A stretch of 64,000 nucleotides of DNA from Candidatus Hadarchaeum sp. (GCF_038871235.1 NZ_JAVZIN010000008.1:11369-75368); one strand, 5' to 3'. Numbered from the stretch's first letter, positions 37,311 through 48,036 are shown. Notes: generated by a model not told the origin, from the letters alone. Numbers and translations: made by a program.

Positions 37311-38813
37311 TTACTCTTTCTTCAACTTTTGGTACATTTTCCAAGTCAAAATTGGCTCACGCGACGCCCTCGCCTCATCAAGCCTGCCAACCGCGGTTGC
37401 CACTGGTGCAGATTTAACCTTCTCAGGGTCTTCTCTCGACTCCCGAGCTATAATCCTCATCGCTTCTATGAACCTATCCAGCTCCTCTTTCGACTCAGTT
37501 TCGGTGGGCTCGACCATGAGGGCCTCTGGAACTATTGGGGGAAAATAGTATGTCGGGGGATGAACCCCAAAGTCGAGCAGCCGCTTGGCGACATCCTTGG
37601 CCGTTATCCCAGTCTCCTTCTTAAGCGGCTCGGCGCTGAGGACCACTTCGTGCTTGCAGGGGCCATCGTAATTAACTTTGAAACTTTTCCCGTCGTTGAG
37701 CTTCTTCATCAGATAATTGGCGTTCAGAACGGCTGTCTCGGCTGCTTCCTCCAAACCATCAGCACCCATGGAGAGTATATAGGCATAAGCTTTCACTAGC
37801 ACCCCGAAATTACCGAAGAATGACTTTATTTTACCTATCGAGTGGGGGCGGTCATAGTTGAGCCAAAAACGTTCACGTTTCTCATCGTATTCAATCACTG
37901 GCACTGGCAGGAACCTCTCAAGCTTTTCGACAACACCTACAGGTCCAGCGCCCGGTCCGCCGCCGCCGTGGGGTGTAGAAAAAGTTTTGTGAAGATTTAA
38001 GTGGACTATGTCAAAACCCATGTCGCCGGGACGCGCCTTTCCGATGATTCCATTCAGGTTGGCGCCGTCATAGTATAGAAGGCCGCCGACATCGTGAACA
38101 ACTTGGGCTATTTTTAGAATTTCGTCCTCAAAGAGGCCCAGGGTGTTCGGGTTTGTCATCATCAGTGCTGCAGTGTTTTCTGAGACCGCCGCTCGGAGCG
38201 CCTCTAGGTCAACCCTCCCGCGGCTGTTCGAGGGAACTACAATAACATTGAATCCTGCCATACCAGCGCTAGCAAAGTTGGTTCCGTGAGCAGAATCGGG
38301 CACGATGACTTCCTTCCTTTTTTCCCCCTTTGACTTAAAGTAGGCGCGAACAAGCAACAACCCCAAAAACTCACCATGTGCGCCTGCCGACGGCTGCAAA
38401 CACATTCGAGACATGCCAGTTATCTCGCACAAAAAGTTCTCAAGACGATACATGATCTCCAAAGCCCCCTGGACCGTTTCCACATCCTGATCTGGATGAA
38501 TGTTCGCCACCTCATCCAAGTCAGCCAGTTCTTCGTTTATCTTGGGGTTGTACTTCATCGTGCACGAGCCAAGCGGATAGAATCCCGTATCAACGCAGAA
38601 GTTCATTTGCGATAGCCTAGTGTAGTGCCTCACGATCTCGGGCTCAGATAGTTCCGGGATATCGATCGACTTTCGCAACAGTTTTTCCGGAATATTAAAA
38701 TCGGGCGTGACCACATTCGGCAACAGGCTACCTTTGGCACTTTTTCTCCCCATCTCAAAAATCAACGGCTCTAAACCAGATTCACAGACCCAGCGAGCTT
38801 GGTGATAATTCAT
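37311..38813 (-). CDS. gcvPB: Glycine dehydrogenase (decarboxylating) subunit 2
   Basis: [32 protein letters not shown] and PLP-Lys motif [17 protein letters not shown]; ATG 38813 likely. Confidence 0.96.
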   Translation of the reverse strand: MNYHQARWVCESGLEPLIFEMGRKSAKGSLLPNVVTPDFNIPEKLLRKSIDIPELSEPEIVRHYTRLSQMNFCVDTGFYPLGSCTMKYNPKINEELADLDEVANIHPDQDVETVQGALEIMYRLENFLCEITGMSRMCLQPSAGAHGEFLGLLLVRAYFKSKGEKRKEVIVPDSAHGTNFASAGMAGFNVIVVPSNSRGRVDLEALRAAVSENTAALMMTNPNTLGLFEDEILKIAQVVHDVGGLLYYDGANLNGIIGKARPGDMGFDIVHLNLHKTFSTPHGGGGPGAGPVGVVEKLERFLPVPVIEYDEKRERFWLNYDRPHSIGKIKSFFGNFGVLVKAYAYILSMGADGLEEAAETAVLNANYLMKKLNDGKSFKVNYDGPCKHEVVLSAEPLKKETGITAKDVAKRLLDFGVHPPTYYFPPIVPEALMVEPTETESKEELDRFIEAMRIIARESREDPEKVKSAPVATAVGRLDEARASREPILTWKMYQKLKKE

Positions 38814-40197
38814 TTTTCTCCCCCATAATTTCTCGCACGGCTTCAGCAAAATCATCCAAATTCTTCTTGGAATGAAGTTCTGTAGTACAGATCAGAGCTG
38901 ACTCACCCAGCTCCGGAAACTCTCTGGAGAGCGGTTTTCCACCTTGGATACCTCGTTTAAGCAACTCAACATTAAGCTGAACCACACTACCAACCGCACA
39001 CTGAATGGTAAACTCATTAAAATGCGGCGATTTAAAAATCGGAACTTTTAATCCATCAATACCGCCCAAGCGCTTCATCAAATAGCTCGCATTGGACGCG
39101 CAGACTTCCGCGAGCTGACGCAGGCCCTTTGGCCCTAGCGTGGCCAAGTATACCGCCGCCGCCACCGCGCAGAGCGCCTCATTAGAACATATATTGGATG
39201 TGGCCTTCTCCCGTCTGATGTGCTGCTCACGTGTTTGAAGAACCATCGTGAATCCGCGGGCGCCACCTTCAACGGTCTTAGTCATGCCGATGAGGCGGCC
39301 AGGGAGCTGTCTCAACAACCTTTGTTCACCACGGCAGGCAAATATCCCAAGAGTAGGGCCGCCAAAAGAGACCGGATTCCCTAGAGGCTGTCCTTCCCCT
39401 ATAACGATATCGGCCCCATAATCTCCGGGTGCTTTCAGCAGACCTAAAGAAATTGGATTAACACCGACCACAAATAGAGCGCCATTTTTGTGGGCTACTT
39501 CGGCAATCTCTTCCACCTGCGTCTCGATAAAGCCTAAATAACTTGGATTCTCCACATAAACTCCGGCCGTATTTTTGTCCACCATTTGATCAAGCTGATT
39601 CAAATCCACTTGGCCGCTTTCCGTGTTGTAGCCAACTTCCATTATTTCAAGGGACGGGCCCGCGGTATAGTTCGTAAGAACTGAAAGGCGATCTTTGGCG
39701 ATAATCTTCGGAACAATGAACCTGCTCCTTCCTGTCACTCTGGCGCACATCAGAGCCGCCTCACCGAGTGAAGTTGCCCAGTCATACATCGAAGCATTAG
39801 CAACATCAAGCCCGACTAGCTCGGCAATTAAGCTCTGATACTCAAAAAGGGCTTGCAACATCCCTTGACTGGTCTCTGGTTGATAGGGCGTGTAAGAAGT
39901 TAAAAACTCAGAGCGCTTCACAATCTGACGAACATGAGCTGGAACATAATGGGGCCAGACCCCACCACCCAAGAAGGAAGGCATCTTGGTGAAAGGCTTA
40001 TTTTTGGAAAGAAGTATCCTAACGTGATTTGCGACCTCCAGTTCTGACATCGCCAGAGGTAAGTTTAACTTTTTTTTCAACCTTACCTCCTGCGGAATAT
40101 CTTTAAAAAGCTCACCAACATCTGACAGCCCAATCTCGCGAAGCATCTGTTCGCGAGTTTCCTTCGTATTTGGTATGAAAGGATGAACCATTTTCAC
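38782..40197 (-). CDS. gcvPA: Glycine dehydrogenase (decarboxylating) subunit 1
   Basis: [23 protein letters not shown] and [17 protein letters not shown] motifs. Confidence 0.96.
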   Translation of the reverse strand: MKMVHPFIPNTKETREQMLREIGLSDVGELFKDIPQEVRLKKKLNLPLAMSELEVANHVRILLSKNKPFTKMPSFLGGGVWPHYVPAHVRQIVKRSEFLTSYTPYQPETSQGMLQALFEYQSLIAELVGLDVANASMYDWATSLGEAALMCARVTGRSRFIVPKIIAKDRLSVLTNYTAGPSLEIMEVGYNTESGQVDLNQLDQMVDKNTAGVYVENPSYLGFIETQVEEIAEVAHKNGALFVVGVNPISLGLLKAPGDYGADIVIGEGQPLGNPVSFGGPTLGIFACRGEQRLLRQLPGRLIGMTKTVEGGARGFTMVLQTREQHIRREKATSNICSNEALCAVAAAVYLATLGPKGLRQLAEVCASNASYLMKRLGGIDGLKVPIFKSPHFNEFTIQCAVGSVVQLNVELLKRGIQGGKPLSREFPELGESALICTTELHSKKNLDDFAEAVREIMGEKNELSPSSLGL

Positions 40198-40200
40198 CAG

Positions 40201-40620
40201 TTACTCGAGTTTTTTCAGATATTCGGAATAAGCTTTGGCATCCATGAGCAACTTAAGCTCCTCATTAAGCGCGCTAGGAACGATGGTGCAAATCCAACCC
40301 TCATCATAAGGGCTGGTGTTAATCAATTCAGGGCGTTCTTGAAGGACTGTGTTCACCTCTTTGACTTTGCCGCTAATGGGGGCGTAGACCGTTGAGACGG
40401 CCTTTACTGACTCAACCGCGCCCAGTTCCATGTCGCGGCTCTTCGGTTCTCCAATTTGCTTGACCTGTCTACCAACCACGGGTAGCTCAACATAAACCAC
40501 ATCCCCGAGTTTGTCCTGAGCGTAATCGGAGACGCCAACCCGAACCTGTCCATTTTCCACTTTTAACCATTCATGCTCTTTGCTGTAGTAAAGTCCTTCA
40601 CGAACCTCATGTTCTGACAT
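40201..40620 (-). CDS. gcvH: Glycine cleavage system H protein
   Basis: YSKEHEW, GVSDYAQDKLGDVVYVELP, lipoyl-Lys motif VESVKAVS and PELINTSPYDEGW. Confidence 0.96.
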   Translation of the reverse strand: MSEHEVREGLYYSKEHEWLKVENGQVRVGVSDYAQDKLGDVVYVELPVVGRQVKQIGEPKSRDMELGAVESVKAVSTVYAPISGKVKEVNTVLQERPELINTSPYDEGWICTIVPSALNEELKLLMDAKAYSEYLKKLE

Positions 40621-40682
40621 TCAAACATCACCTCAACTGCTAAATTTTGCGCGCTTTACTTAAATGTTTGGGGTCGACAGAA

Positions 40683-41672
40683 TTACAGCGGCTCAGATTT
40701 TAACAATTTTTTAATTTCCTCGATATCTCTTCGGCTTGGTTTTCGAGGATAGTTGTAAATTGGGCCGCGAGGGGACTCGTTATAAAAAGGGCGATTGCAT
40801 CCGGCGCAGCCTGAAGTAACAAAAGGATCACCGGACTCTATAATTTTTCCAAGCAATTCGTTATCCACGCCAAAATTTGAGATGCGGCCTTCTTCAAAAT
40901 TCATGTTCTCCACCCTGCTAAGGTCATTAGCTATCAGAAACCTGGCCAGCTGAAGCCTGCGATAACTAGCGACATCAGGCCGGGGGCGCTTGGAGAAAGG
41001 AGTTCCCGGAATGGGGGTAAAGGCAAAAAGAGCCACCGTGATACCGTTATCATGGAAAAATTGGAAAGCCTGGGCCATTTCCTCCTCCGTCTCCCCCAAA
41101 CCAGCGATCAAATGGGTTGAAACTCTGTCACCAAAGACCGCCTTGGCGTTTCTCAGTGCTTCCATATGACCCTTCCAAGAATATTCAGAACCCTTGACAT
41201 TTCTGAAGATCTCTTCAGTTGCGGCATCAAAAGCCAAGCCAACCCTCTCCACTCCAACGCTGGCCAATTTTTTCAAGTCTTCAAGCATAAGTGGCTGACA
41301 AGAGACTGACACTGGCAGGTCACAGACCTCCCTTAGGCGTGCAACCAGTTCACAGATTACCTCAACCACGCCGGAAAAATTGACCGCCTGAATACAAACC
41401 CTTTTGAATTTTTCTGAATTTTTTTTCAACGCGGCTAAAACCGATTCTAGGTCAAACTTAGGCCAGAGGACACGCGACAACATCTCCAAGTCTGCCGTAC
41501 TCTCGCGTGCTTGCGGGCAGAACCTACAATTACCACGGCACCTGCCCTCAAAATAAGTGAGAAAGTGTGCTGTTGTTGGGGCCTCCACCAATCTACCTCG
41601 CCATAGCTCAAGTAACACCCCGGTGCCAAAAGCCACCCTCACCTTGGTCAAGCCTTGCTGACGTTCATGCAT
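40683..41672 (-). CDS. lipS2: Radical SAM lipoyl synthase subunit LipS2
   Basis: CRGNCRFC radical SAM motif and C-terminal TSGCAGCNRP (LipS2-type TxGCxxCNRP); located between lplA/lipS1 and gcvH. Confidence 0.82.
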   Translation of the reverse strand: MHERQQGLTKVRVAFGTGVLLELWRGRLVEAPTTAHFLTYFEGRCRGNCRFCPQARESTADLEMLSRVLWPKFDLESVLAALKKNSEKFKRVCIQAVNFSGVVEVICELVARLREVCDLPVSVSCQPLMLEDLKKLASVGVERVGLAFDAATEEIFRNVKGSEYSWKGHMEALRNAKAVFGDRVSTHLIAGLGETEEEMAQAFQFFHDNGITVALFAFTPIPGTPFSKRPRPDVASYRRLQLARFLIANDLSRVENMNFEEGRISNFGVDNELLGKIIESGDPFVTSGCAGCNRPFYNESPRGPIYNYPRKPSRRDIEEIKKLLKSEPL

Positions 41673-41724
41673 GGAGTCGCGCCACCTTCAACTAATTCAA
41701 TCTGTAAAATATTAACAGTTAGGA

Positions 41725-42651
41725 TCATGATTGAACCACGTCATCCGGAACTGAACAGCAGGCGTGTAGTCTTTTAACTACCATTCCCATTTTCCGAGCC
41801 GCTTCAAGAGTTCGTTCGTCGGGTAGCTCGATCCTGTCCACGCCCGATTGAAGTGCGGCGAGTTCCAGCTCATGACGGTTGTGAAAACGAGGTCGCACGC
41901 AGCCCAGCGCGATATCAATTCCTGGGAACATCAACCTCGCTTCAATAGCCACTTTTTTGAAAACTTCTACCGAGGGTGGAGCCAGCTTTTCGAAGACAGT
42001 TCCAGATGTCGGCGACAGGACGAGTAAAACTAGTAGAGATGGTTTCGCCTCTGAAGCCAACTCCAGAGCTCTGAACTCACCTAACAATTTGCCGAAATGC
42101 AACCCGACGCAGATGTGCGGTACCACATAAGATATATGCTTAGTCAGGGAACTCAACGAGCTCCGATAATCCTTAACTGTTTTTTGAAGACCAAGAACCG
42201 ACTTAATTGTGCTGTCATCACCGACTAAATCAAAATCAGCCAAGTCGACGCCCGCACGACCCATTTCCTTGGCAAGCCACTCTGGAACTAATCCTGTGTG
42301 AGCGCTGATGAAGAGAGTGGTTTGCTCCTTTATCTTTTCTATAGTGTCTAAAAAAGGCTCAAACGGAACATAACCCTCGACATTAAAACCACCACTGAGA
42401 AGAACCCCCACCGCGCCCTTCGAAGAGAGTTCAAGACATTTTTCATACAGAGTGGCCGGTGTGGTGCACGAAATCATGCTTTTCAGATAATGGCGGCCGC
42501 AGTGTTTACAGCTTAACGCGCAATCTCCACCAGTGATGGATATGGTGGTAAACGCTGGATGGGGATAACAGGCTAGAAGTTCACGGCGATGCTTCAGTTT
42601 TACGGATAAAGCTTTTCCATTTTTGAACGACATTAACGTTTCCTCAGCCAT
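41725..42651 (-). CDS. lipS1: Radical SAM lipoyl synthase subunit LipS1
   Basis: SITGGDCALSCKHC radical SAM motif, GCVR and C-terminal CC motifs typical of LipS1. Confidence 0.82.
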   Translation of the reverse strand: MAEETLMSFKNGKALSVKLKHRRELLACYPHPAFTTISITGGDCALSCKHCGRHYLKSMISCTTPATLYEKCLELSSKGAVGVLLSGGFNVEGYVPFEPFLDTIEKIKEQTTLFISAHTGLVPEWLAKEMGRAGVDLADFDLVGDDSTIKSVLGLQKTVKDYRSSLSSLTKHISYVVPHICVGLHFGKLLGEFRALELASEAKPSLLVLLVLSPTSGTVFEKLAPPSVEVFKKVAIEARLMFPGIDIALGCVRPRFHNRHELELAALQSGVDRIELPDERTLEAARKMGMVVKRLHACCSVPDDVVQS

Positions 42652-43391
42652 TCTTGTGAAGCATATTTGGGTCGAAGTTCAGCGGCGAGATCCAACTCGG
42701 CTTTTTCCATTTCTTCCTCCGACAGCTCAACATTCAGGGCAGTTTCAAAACCCTCTGTCATCACTTTCCTAACCTGCTCAAAACTTGGTCTCTTACCCAA
42801 CTCGCGTTCCACTGTGGTCACTCTCTCAAAAACGGAGGAAATGAACTTATCCGATATCTTCTCCGGACTTACCTTGAGGAGCTCAAACATTAACCTGATA
42901 TCTGGGGAGATCAAAATTGTTCCATGCTGGAGAACCGACCCCCATCGCCTCGTCTGGGCACTTCCAGAGATCTTTCTACCGTTCACTTGGACATCATTAA
43001 TGGGCCTGAATTCGGCTCTAAGCCCCAAATTTTCCAAACCTCGGACAATCCCGCCACAAATTACCTTGTAAGATTCAATAATGTCGCGAGGCAAATCATC
43101 CCCCCTGCAGACCACGCTATAAGTCAGCTCCCCGTGATAATCATGAAAAACTGCACCGCCCCCAGTAATTCTTCTGACCACATCAACCCCATGTCGCCTA
43201 GCCGCTTCCAAGTCGACCTCACGTTCCAAGCTCTGAAAACAGCCCAGAGAAACTGCGGATGGATACCAGCGCCAAAATCGAACCGTATTGGGTGCTTTTC
43301 CCTCCGAGTTGAGCCGCAGTAGGGCCTCGTCAATTGCCATGCTCGTGAAAGCATCATCCACCCGTAAAGGCAGTAATCTCCATCTCATCAA
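42633..43391 (-). CDS. lplA: Lipoate/octanoate-protein ligase, catalytic (N-terminal) subunit
   Basis: MAIDEAL, VRRITGGGAVFHD, NDVQVNGRKISGSAQ and LQHGT motifs. Confidence 0.93.
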   Translation of the reverse strand: MMRWRLLPLRVDDAFTSMAIDEALLRLNSEGKAPNTVRFWRWYPSAVSLGCFQSLEREVDLEAARRHGVDVVRRITGGGAVFHDYHGELTYSVVCRGDDLPRDIIESYKVICGGIVRGLENLGLRAEFRPINDVQVNGRKISGSAQTRRWGSVLQHGTILISPDIRLMFELLKVSPEKISDKFISSVFERVTTVERELGKRPSFEQVRKVMTEGFETALNVELSEEEMEKAELDLAAELRPKYASQEWLRKR

Positions 43392-43392
43392 A

Positions 43393-43671
43393 TCAACTCC
43401 TCACAGCTCTCAAAATTGCTTCCACCCAGTGCTCAGGACCAATCAACGGAGTCGATACCCCGGTTTTTTGATAAAAATTTTTAATTACCGACATCAAACT
43501 GCTAAATTCTGCTTTGATTCCTAAAAGACTTTTTTCAAGATGCTCCAGTGCCTCTTCAGGATAAATGAAAAAATCGCCGCTTAACGAGATCTTGGAGATG
43601 GTATTATCATCTGAAAGCGAGAGTTCGACCTTTATGACGCCCTTGGGTGCTTTGAACTCGGAGTACTTCAA
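43393..43671 (-). CDS. lplB: Lipoate-protein ligase accessory (C-terminal domain) subunit
   Basis: KAPKGVIKV...ISLSGDFFIYPEEALEHLEKSL pattern; TTG start after GGTGA. Confidence 0.85.
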   Translation of the reverse strand: MKYSEFKAPKGVIKVELSLSDDNTISKISLSGDFFIYPEEALEHLEKSLLGIKAEFSSLMSVIKNFYQKTGVSTPLIGPEHWVEAILRAVRS

Positions 43672-43683
43672 CCAATCACCTTT

Positions 43684-44463
43684 CTATTTCCATTTAGTTA
43701 GAATTTCCTCTCTACGGAATGTCATCTTGCTCAGATAATAGAGACCCAAATCGGCAAAAATCAAAAGCGCCGCGAATATAGCCAGCTCAACCCAGTTTAG
43801 TCTCAGAAATCCACCCAAAAACAGGAAGTAAAATCCTAATACAGGTATCGTGGTAACTCCACTGAGCTGCGTCGCGGCACGGACATCATTCACTTTGGAG
43901 GAAATAAACACAGAAACCGAAACTGAAAGAACCGCTATCAGAGGGCAGTAGATGAAAAGAACAACCAATGAAAGTAGATTTGGCAACAGCGGATATCCAA
44001 AGAGCGGAAAGGTTAGAAGGTCAACCAAAACAACCATACCGGCAAAAGAGGCGAAGGTGACCCCTACTGCTGGAAGAAAAGCCCCAAGCGCCTTGCCCAG
44101 CAAGAGCTCAGAATCTGTCGTCGGTGTTGCTAGGAGTGGTTCGAGCTGCCGGTTAATTTTTTCACCGACAAAAGTATAGGAGGCTATCACTGAAGGTACA
44201 AACGCGGGAATGAACATAAAAAATAAGCTCAACATTGAAACTAAACCCATTATCGTCGCTTGTTTCAGATCATATCCTGGCGTGGCAAACGGCGGCAGCT
44301 CTCCGGATAAATCCGCCGAGCTTAAAATTGGTAAAATAGACGCGATAGGTACTACGACTGCAAAGATAAGAGGCATGACCACCAAACCGTATAGAACATA
44401 CTTGTATCTTCTCACGCTGGCCATGTCCTTCTTGGCGATCTCCCAAACCCGGTCAAACCTCAT
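43684..44463 (-). CDS. ABC-2 type transporter permease
   Basis: FVGEKINRQLEPLLATP...LLGK motif, multiple TM helices and C-terminal FRREEIL. Confidence 0.9.
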   Translation of the reverse strand: MRFDRVWEIAKKDMASVRRYKYVLYGLVVMPLIFAVVVPIASILPILSSADLSGELPPFATPGYDLKQATIMGLVSMLSLFFMFIPAFVPSVIASYTFVGEKINRQLEPLLATPTTDSELLLGKALGAFLPAVGVTFASFAGMVVLVDLLTFPLFGYPLLPNLLSLVVLFIYCPLIAVLSVSVSVFISSKVNDVRAATQLSGVTTIPVLGFYFLFLGGFLRLNWVELAIFAALLIFADLGLYYLSKMTFRREEILTKWK

Positions 44464-45373
44464 CTTTGCCCACCATCTTCAGATAGACCTCTTCCAGACC
44501 AGGCACACCTCGAGTTACGTAAATGACTTTTCCGCCATTTTTCACTATCGCTTCCACCACCTTTGGGTTAACTGTTTCGGGATCTCTTGACTGGACGAAC
44601 AGTTTGTCGCCGGAGACGTCGACTTTTAGCACCCCTTTAACTCTTTTTACTGCATTCACTACCTTTGCTCCTAAATTTTTAAGCTGGATTTCAGTTTTGC
44701 CGGAGCCAAATTCTCTCTGAAGCTGGGCTGGTGAACCCAAGGTTATCAACTTGGTATTGATTATCGCCACCCGGTCGCAGATTCTCTCTGCCTCATAGAG
44801 ATTATGCGTGCAGATGAATATGGTTCTCTTCTCGTGTTTCAGCTCCAAGATGAAATCCCTGACTATTTTGGCAGAATCCGGTGCCAGTGCTGCTGTTGGC
44901 TCATCCAAAAAGAGCACCTTTGGCTCATGAACCATCGATCTGGCTATGGCAATCTTCTGTTGCATACCCTTAGAAAAGGTGCCGACGGGATCATTCTTGC
45001 GTTCCCAAAGGCCCATCATCTTCAGAAAACGTTCAATATTTTCCTCACGCTTCTTCTTCGGAACACCGTAAAGTTTAGCATAAAAATCGAGGTTGCGATA
45101 CGCGCTGAGTTCCCCATAAAGTCCAGGTGATTCGGGGAGGAGGCCAACCATCTCTCTGATTTTCATGGCATCTCGGCCAACCTCATAATCACCGATAAAG
45201 GCCCGGCCGCTGGTTGGCCTAATTAAACAACACAACATCCGAACAGTCGTGGTCTTGCCCGCACCATTGGGGCCCAAAAGTCCAAATATCTCGCCCTCCT
45301 TGACCTCAAAAGTGAGGTTATCCACTGCCGTCAGTCCATTGAACTTTCTAGTAAGTCCCTCCAGCCGAATCAT
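44453..45373 (-). CDS. ABC transporter ATP-binding protein (exporter type)
   Basis: GPNGAGKTT, FSKGMQQK, LDEPT and THNL motifs. Confidence 0.93.
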   Translation of the reverse strand: MIRLEGLTRKFNGLTAVDNLTFEVKEGEIFGLLGPNGAGKTTTVRMLCCLIRPTSGRAFIGDYEVGRDAMKIREMVGLLPESPGLYGELSAYRNLDFYAKLYGVPKKKREENIERFLKMMGLWERKNDPVGTFSKGMQQKIAIARSMVHEPKVLFLDEPTAALAPDSAKIVRDFILELKHEKRTIFICTHNLYEAERICDRVAIINTKLITLGSPAQLQREFGSGKTEIQLKNLGAKVVNAVKRVKGVLKVDVSGDKLFVQSRDPETVNPKVVEAIVKNGGKVIYVTRGVPGLEEVYLKMVGKDEV

Positions 45374-45419
45374 AACTAAACCGTAACATCGTCTACCTGT
45401 GTTAGTAATAAAACATTAC

Positions 45420-46196
45420 TCAGAACTTCAGAATTTTTTTGGCATTAAAGTAGGTGACCTTTTCCACATCTGCTTTACTTGTACCTGCCTCGCTCAGAGC
45501 CCGGGCAACTTTCGGTAGCGTTAGCGGATCCGATGGTTGATTGCTTAGATCGCTGTTTATCAAGACGCCCTCCACGCCAGCTGAAGCGACAATTGAAACC
45601 ACATCTTTTTCGGTCATCTTTCCCGGCTGAACGGTTATCCCTGCGTTGGCGTTAAGCTCTCTTACACGGGCAACCAAGTCTGCCGTCAGATGATCGATGA
45701 TAACTTTTGTCATGTCCACTTTTTGCCCCTTGATCAATTTCAGTAATCTATCAAATATCTGGGCCTTATTTTGTCTGGGTGTGTGGAATATCATTGGCAA
45801 ATCATAAGTTTTTGCTAGACTAATTTGCCTTAACAGGACCTTTTCTTCTTCATTGCTGGCTGTTTCCAATCCAACTTCCCCCAAAGCCAAAGCTTTTCCG
45901 GAATCAAAAAGCGAGGAGATGTGGTCCAACACCTCACGAACACCAGTTGATGGTATGGATCTCGGATGGATACCCACAGCCACCAACGCTGAAATCCCAC
46001 ATTTCTTCAAGCGCTCTGGCTCTAATTCAGTCAGCCATCGATGCAAGTCAACCAGCGTGCTTGGCCCGATAGGTTTTACTGGAAAATATGAACAAACGAC
46101 CACGCCCTCAATGCCTGCTGCTGACATGGTCTCGATATCTTGGAAGCTTCTTAGATAAATGTGGGTGTGGGAATCGACGAAACGCATAGAATCCAC
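45420..46196 (-). CDS. TatD-related TIM-barrel metallohydrolase
   Basis: DSHTH, GIHP, GEVGLE, FHTPR, IDH and NSD motifs. Confidence 0.88.
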   Translation of the reverse strand: MDSMRFVDSHTHIYLRSFQDIETMSAAGIEGVVVCSYFPVKPIGPSTLVDLHRWLTELEPERLKKCGISALVAVGIHPRSIPSTGVREVLDHISSLFDSGKALALGEVGLETASNEEEKVLLRQISLAKTYDLPMIFHTPRQNKAQIFDRLLKLIKGQKVDMTKVIIDHLTADLVARVRELNANAGITVQPGKMTEKDVVSIVASAGVEGVLINSDLSNQPSDPLTLPKVARALSEAGTSKADVEKVTYFNAKKILKF

Positions 46197-46219
46197 TCAA
46201 TTAGGTTCTTAGACCTTTA

Positions 46220-46741
46220 TCAAACCTTCCCAAGTTTAGATCTTTTCCAAGCCTCAACCATTTCTTTGTCAATGTCACAGAGGATGATTCTTTTTAAGGA
46301 TTTAGCCTTGGACTTGAACTCAGCTATCGCCCGCATCATGGCTTCCGCAGCATCTTTAGTGGAAACACCTCCAACACCGGTGCCCATTCCAGGAATAACC
46401 AGATCTCTAGCACCAACTTCATCGGCACAAAGCAGGGCCGCCTTTGTTGCCCGATAAACTTTTTCTGCTGTGGTTGGCATCGCCGGACGCTCCATGGTCG
46501 GCGCATGAATCACCCATTTGGAATTAAGCTTACCAGCGCCAGTAGCTACGGCCTTGCCAACGGGGACTGGAGCATATTTCATCGCTTCCATTTCGATCTC
46601 AGCGCCACCGGCCCTTTTAATCGCCCCAGCGGCTCCACCTCCCATCAAAAGCAAGCTGTTCGCGGGATTGCATATGGCATCCACTTTCTGTTTGGTAATG
46701 TCCCCTTCCAAAATCTCAATTAGTAGGTTGTTCAACATCAC
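46220..46741 (-). CDS. Macro-domain protein (ADP-ribose binding/hydrolase, Af1521-like)
   Basis: GDIT, DAICNPAN, MGGGAAGAIKRAGG, VIHAPTM and PGMGTGVGG motifs. Confidence 0.92.
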   Translation of the reverse strand: MMLNNLLIEILEGDITKQKVDAICNPANSLLLMGGGAAGAIKRAGGAEIEMEAMKYAPVPVGKAVATGAGKLNSKWVIHAPTMERPAMPTTAEKVYRATKAALLCADEVGARDLVIPGMGTGVGGVSTKDAAEAMMRAIAEFKSKAKSLKRIILCDIDKEMVEAWKRSKLGKV

Positions 46742-46910
46742 TACTTGTGTAGAATTTCTTTCTAATTAAAATCATTTTGAAAAAAATGAAAAAACCTGCG
46801 GAGTGCGTCGATTTAATTTTTCACGAATAAATTGTGGTGCTCTTTTGGGAAATAATTGATTGATTTCTTGACTGAGGGTTCGGGTTTTCGAAAAGCATTG
46901 TTAAAAAAAA

Positions 46911-47951
46911 TCAGTAATGGTTGCTGAAAGAAATTGGTATTCGCTGGCACTCTCTGAAGAAAGCCAGCGCCTCCTCTTTGGTGAAGCCAGCTCTACACTT
47001 TATCTTGCCAAAATGCAAATGAACCAAATAAGTTTTTTCCAGAGCTTTACGGGTAGAAATGAAATAACTTGAAACTGTGGATTTTAATTTTAAGATTTGA
47101 AGCATGTATTTCTGCTGAATCTTGGCGTGAGCCAAGCTAACAACCAAAAATGTACCCAGCCCCAAGCCTAGAACAGACAACTCTTCTGAAAACCAAATTT
47201 TGAAACCAACCGTTCCTGTCTGCGGAGCAGTTTCCAAAACTGCTTGCTGTTGCTGAGAAATCTCTGCATCTTCATGGGTGGACAAATCGTTTGTTTGCTC
47301 AGCTTGGTCGCTATCCGTCCCCTGAACTAGAGCATCGGCCGTGTCTGGGGAACTCTCGAAATCAACTTGATTTTCTGATGGTTGTTCATAGATATCCGTT
47401 TTCGATTCCAGCTCTAAAACATTTTGTGAGTCTTGAGTTTGGTAATCTGTGCTGCCAACTGGCTGTTCCTCTTCCGGCTGGCTGAGTGGCTGTTCCTCTT
47501 CCGAATAATCACCGTTACTGTCATTTAACTGGTCCAGCCCATCATCAGTTTGCGGCTGATCCTGAACATTGTCCTCTTGAGAAACAGGGTCTGAAAGAAA
47601 AACATTTTCTAACTGTTCAGAACCATTGTCCGGTTGATTAGCGTTATCAAACAAATCCCCAATATCGTTGTCAGATTCATCTGGAAAATCCTGCTCCAAA
47701 TTGTTATCGATTATATTATCAATAGGTGTAACATTCTCTACACCGTTATTATCCCCATCATTTTTCTTGTCCTTCTTTTCCTTGGCCAAATTGTCGTCTT
47801 TTTTATCGTTGCCGTGATCTCTCTTCGAACTATCTGAATCTTTGGCGGCGGAAGCCATTGGAGCGAAAACTAAGGCAATGACCAAAATTAACGCTATCGC
47901 TAAGAAGAGTGGCTTTTTCCAATTTGAACATCCGCTCCGCATCATCCGCAT
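46911..47951 (-). CDS. Secreted/membrane-anchored acidic low-complexity protein, function unknown
   Basis: Signal peptide-like KKPLFLAIALILVIALVFAPMASA, ~210-aa D/E/N/Q/S-rich region, C-proximal TM (LSVLGLGLGTFLVVSLA) and basic tail; start ATG 47951 or 47945. Confidence 0.72.
   Translation of the reverse strand: MRMMRSGCSNWKKPLFLAIALILVIALVFAPMASAAKDSDSSKRDHGNDKKDDNLAKEKKDKKNDGDNNGVENVTPIDNIIDNNLEQDFPDESDNDIGDLFDNANQPDNGSEQLENVFLSDPVSQEDNVQDQPQTDDGLDQLNDSNGDYSEEEQPLSQPEEEQPVGSTDYQTQDSQNVLELESKTDIYEQPSENQVDFESSPDTADALVQGTDSDQAEQTNDLSTHEDAEISQQQQAVLETAPQTGTVGFKIWFSEELSVLGLGLGTFLVVSLAHAKIQQKYMLQILKLKSTVSSYFISTRKALEKTYLVHLHFGKIKCRAGFTKEEALAFFRECQRIPISFSNHY
47460..47503. repeat. 17-bp direct repeat (2 copies, 27-bp period) within the acidic protein gene
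   Basis: TGGCTGTTCCTCTTCCG at 47460-47476 and 47487-47503; encodes EEEQP twice. Confidence 0.8.
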
Positions 47952-48036
47952 TACCTCAACCAAAACAAACACTTGCGCCCTTTTTAAGGGAAAAAACAAA
48001 GGCTTAACTTTCGCATAAAGTCGAAAACAATAAAAA

